This document shows positions 59,690-64,000 of a stretch of 64,000 bases of DNA, piece after piece (position 1 is the first letter of the stretch; the number at the start of each line of letters is the position of its first letter). A program made the translations under genes and the position numbers. The notes beneath the pieces are model-generated. The model ran no database searches. It was not told the DNA's origin and was given only the letters and a program-made list of their open reading frames with translations. Origin of the DNA: the human T2T-CHM13v2.0 reference genome, Homo sapiens; assembly GCF_009914755.1 (NCBI RefSeq), contig NC_060947.1, one strand, 5' to 3'.

Positions 59690-60490
59690 GGAGTTCCTTG
59701 GGTTAGGTCTCAAGACGTGGGATGACTCTTTATGGTTCTCAGCTCTACCCTCTGGTCTATTGGTTTTGCCCTCTGAATCATGTCTTCTTTTTCATGAAAG
59801 GTAACATATATTTATTTTTTAACATTTCTCTCAACCTGTTTCTCCCAATACACTTCTGAAGGTTCAAAGGCCCCTCCTCATTATTTCCAATCATGTGATA
59901 TTTCTTTGTATCTAATTCTTTTAAGAACCTCATGGGCATCCTTGAGTCAAGGTTCACCCCATTAGACAAAAGCCAACCCACAAACCTCTTTGAAATAAGT
60001 CTTCCTTAACCTTGGGCTTCTGCTGAGGTGGCTGAGGGATAACACCCCAAAGCTTCCAAGATTGGCTATTATTTTACTGAGAGGATCTGTGAAGCCCAGG
60101 CTTAATCTGTATGAGGAATCTCTTGTGTGACTAAATAGTACTTTGACAAACTCCCTTTGATTTATCTGAGGTCTTAACAAAAGGATTTACAGACACACTC
60201 TTGGTTTCATCTTTCAAACACTTTCCCCTGGCAGCGTCTTTGATTTGATCTTTGACAAAAAGGTATTTCTTCATTTTATCATCTGTTGCCATCTTGCAAT
60301 ATTGAGAATTTAAAAACCATCAAGAAACCCCAAGATATAAAAATGAATTTGAAATTGTGTATTTGAGAGGGGTGGTAATGAAATCTTAAAGTTGCTTTAA
60401 GATACCCTCTAGCTTTCTTGTTACAGTGGGAGATGAAGTCTGGTTTCAGCTATTCCACATGGCCAGCAACAGTAGTTCCTAATCAAACCT
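59690..60490 (-). mobile_element. Probable ancient MLT1 internal sequence
   Basis: cccattagacaaaagcc, gagggataacacccc, tttctctcaacctgtttc recalled from MLT1-int. Confidence 0.4.
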
Positions 60491-60529
60491 CAGCATTTTT
60501 CTTGAAATTTTATTTATAATAGGTTATAC

Positions 60530-60715
60530 TTTTTCTCCTGAAGTGCTTTGTGATCAGATAGTATCGGTAATAATTTCTTGGGCCAGCGAGCAGAGATTTT
60601 CCATTTCTGGATTAATGGATAGGACACTTTTTATGGATTCTAGCTTTTATAAAGATGGGACAGACATTATTTCAGCTCTGTTCCCTGTATAGTTCTGACC
60701 TCTCATCACCTTTCT
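60530..60715 (-). pseudogene. Decayed exon with FSIP2-like motif
   Basis: cacag| then a single frame RKVMRGQNYTGNRAEIMSVPSL*KLESIKSVLSINPEMENLCSLAQEIITDTI*SQSTSGEK |gtataa. Confidence 0.5.
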
Positions 60716-60829
60716 CTGTGTGTGAATTAAACCCCAGAACCCTTTTATTTATAGGAACCATAATTTAACTCATAATCAGTTAAAGTACATCAACAAAATG
60801 TTCTTTAGCCCTCATTCACAATTCTGGCT

Positions 60830-60860
60830 GAATTTTATTTGTTAAAGCTGTGCATGTTGA

Positions 60861-60905
<45 letters not shown>

Positions 60906-60927
60906 CACACAAATATATATGTATACA

Positions 60928-60961
<34 letters not shown>

Positions 60962-62505
60962 TCAATGAGTTTAGGGATAAAAATATACCCATCAAACCAT
61001 CACCACAACCAAGACGGCAGACGTACTCATCACCTCTCAAAATTTCCTTCCAACTCTTTTTTAAGTTATTTTTGTCTGTGTGGTAAGAACACTTAGCATA
61101 ATATCTTTTAGAAAATTGGAAATACAGGATACAGTATTGCTTGCTCTAAGCACTAGGCTGTATAGTAGATCCCCAAAATGTATTTATCTTGTATAACTGA
61201 AACATTGTATCCTTTGACTAACACCTCTCCATTTTCCCCTCCCACCAGCTTCTGGCAATCACCTTCTACTCTCTACTTCTATAAGTTTGACTATTTTAGA
61301 TTCAACATATCAGTGTGATTATACAGTATTTGTCTTTCTGTGTTTGGCTTATTTTACTTAGCATAATGTCATCAAGATTCATCCATGTTATAACAAATGT
61401 TATGTTTTTCTTCATTTTAAGGCTGAACAATATGTCACTGTATGCATACACCACATTTTAAAATTATTTTCTTCCTCTGTTATCTTTGAGCTTAGTGTGT
61501 ATTTTTTACCTAGTTCATTGAATTGTAAAGTTAGCTTGTTTGAGTTCTTTGATTTTTCTTAATTTAGCCATTTACCACTATAAACTTCTATCCTAGAACT
61601 GCCTTTGCTGCATACCCTAAGTTTTAGTATGTTGTGTTGTCAATTTTATTTATATCACGCTACATTTAAATTTTGTTTTTGATTTCTTCTTGATCCACTG
61701 TTTATCTCTGTTGTTAAATTTCCATATATTGTGAATTTTCTAACTTACTCCTGTTACAGATTTCTACTTTTATGCCACCATGGTTGGAAAAAATACTTAC
61801 TATGATTTCAGTTTCTTAAATATGTTAAGACTTGTTTTATGGCCTAATATATGATCTATCTTGAGGAATGTTCCATGTCTACTTGAGAAGAATGTGGATT
61901 TGGCTTTTGTTGGATGGAATATACTGTATATTTGTGTTAGGTCTATTTGTCCACACTTTTGTTCAAACTGTTGTCCACACTATTTCCTGATGCTGGGTCA
62001 ATCCTGGAGCCTTGATCCAAGGGAGATCGCTGGAGTGGACCTGGGACCTGGGACTGAGGGGGACAGCCTAGCACTAGGACAGCCCTGGACCCTAAGTCCA
62101 TAAATATTATTTTGACTCCAGGGATCACTGGTGAGATCCTGAAACCTACATCCACGCGTGTCAGCCTAATGTTGGAATCGACTGGCTTGGGCCTGGAACC
62201 TGAGTCCGTGGTAAAGTTGAATGCACACTTCACTCTCTATTCCCCACGGGGAGCTCTCTGGGGGAGAAGATCTCTCTCAGCCCTGCAATGAGACAACTTG
62301 TGGAAGAGGTGACTTCAATAGAGTGAAACTGTCCTTCCTATCCTCTTCAATGGGTTTTTTCTCATTTTGGTGTTCTGCCCTATTGCTACAATCTCTTACC
62401 TGGAATCCAGAAGATATTGTCATGCATGGATGGCTGCTTATATGGGTGTTTCTGTGAGGGGGCAATGGGTGGAATCTTCTATTCTGCCATCTTGCTGACA
62501 TCCTG
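60830..62505 (-). mobile_element. L1MA-type 3' end, ORF2 fragment and 5' end (heavily deleted); (CA)n(TA)n at 60862-60958
   Basis: tttatcttgtataactgaaacattgtatcctttgac..., 5' end ctattctgccatcttgctgacatc. Confidence 0.8.
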
Positions 62506-62691
62506 GGTTTTTTAATCTGAGTAGCTCCTCGTATTGCTTTTAAACTTAGTATTTTGAAGTTAGAGAATGCTGTTGATGAGGGCTTACAGAAAAATGGTAA
62601 AAATATAAGAAACCAGAGATGTGCAGACAATACTAAAAACATATAACTATCTCCTATGTCACATTAAAGTATATGTTATGGAGAATAATGA

Positions 62692-63029
<338 letters not shown>

Positions 63030-63039
63030 AGTATTGTGT

Positions 63040-63560
63040 TATTTTATGTTGAATGAGAAAGAAGTCGTCAGTTATAAGACAATTTTTAACAGAGGACTAA
63101 TAAAGTTAGGGAGAAATAGGTGAGGAAAATGTTCCCCTGGAAGGGGATATATGAAACGCAAAAGCTCTGGAGCTGAGGATTGGCTGATGTGTTCTCAACA
63201 CAGCAATAAGGCCACTGTTGCTGGGGTTCACCATAGCTGCAGCAGACTAAGTAAGGAGGAAAGAAGTAGATAATGCGCCAGACATAAGGGATGAGAAGAT
63301 GGATTTTGTGAGGTCTTGCACACTATTTTATATATTTTGATCCTTATTCATGAGGTACCATTAGAGAATATTTGAGGAGAGTTGGGACAATCTGTTCTAC
63401 CAGGTTCACTCTGGGTGCAGAGTTGATTATAGAATGTAGTGGCAAGGGCAATCATTTAGGTATCCAGTTAGGAGCCTATTGCAGTAATCACAGCAACAGA
63501 TTATAATACCTTGAACCAAGGTAGTGATTAAGTTGTGTTGTTTTTTAAGATACTCAGTCT
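63040..63560 (-). mobile_element. L2 fragment
   Basis: cagcaataaggccactgttgctgg, ccagttaggagcctattgcagtaatc. Confidence 0.75.
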
Positions 63561-63843
63561 TTGTGTCTGGTGTGAGTGAGTGGGTAGGTTTATAAGTAAA
63601 TTCAGTCTTGCAATGTAGACTAAAAGTCCTAACATCAAAATATTTAGATAAATAAGAATACCTTAGGTCAGTCTCTCAAAAGGAAACAGAAGACACATCC
63701 AAATAAGGGTAATGTGAAGAGTGCTGGTTTACAAAGGGATTATTGACAAAAGCATAGGCAGAAATAAGCTTCAACCCAGAGAGAAAGGGAACACTTTGAT
63801 GTAGCCCATTCATGGCAAAATTTTAGTAGGAAAAGCTTAACGG

Positions 63844-64000
63844 GGCCGGGTGCGGTGGCTCATGCCTGCAATCCCATCACTTTGGGAGGCTGAGGCAGGA
63901 GGATCACAAGGTCAGGAGTTTGAGACCAGCCTGGCCAATATGGTGAAACCTCGTCTCTACTAAAAATACAGAAAGTTTAGCCAGGCGTGGTGGCGCATGC
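63844..64000 (+). mobile_element. AluS left arm (runs off the window)
   Basis: ggccgggtgcggtggctcatgcctgcaatccc... Confidence 0.95.

Overview
Primate (human-like) AT-rich genomic DNA, mostly transposable-element remnants: L1PA/L1PB/L1M LINEs (mostly on the minus strand), about ten Alus, THE1/MST/MLT MaLR elements, ERV1 solo LTRs (MER50-like, MER83/84-like, LTR28/LTR1-like, LTR10C-like), L2/MIR/L3 and microsatellites. I see no intact protein-coding gene, RNA gene or CRISPR array, and most ORF-track entries are repeat-derived. The most interesting signal lies in the non-repeat islands. On the minus strand many have splice-like ends and/or translate, with stops and frameshifts, into amphipathic helical motifs such as SLAQEIITDTI, EDIVAS/ILEKLE, VVSNTITTVLENA and KRIILEISKY. 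These resemble, from memory, the repeats of the sperm fibrous-sheath protein FSIP2, so the window may be part of a decayed multi-exon FSIP2-like pseudogene (unverified). Structural oddities include two twin-primed inverted L1PA insertions (one with a probable mini 3' transduction), a head-to-head THE1 LTR pair 15 bp apart, and a THE1 provirus nested in an MST provirus. Repeat subfamily names come from recalled consensus sequences; boundaries without a quoted target-site duplication (TSD) are approximate. I do not see evidence for a new biological system.
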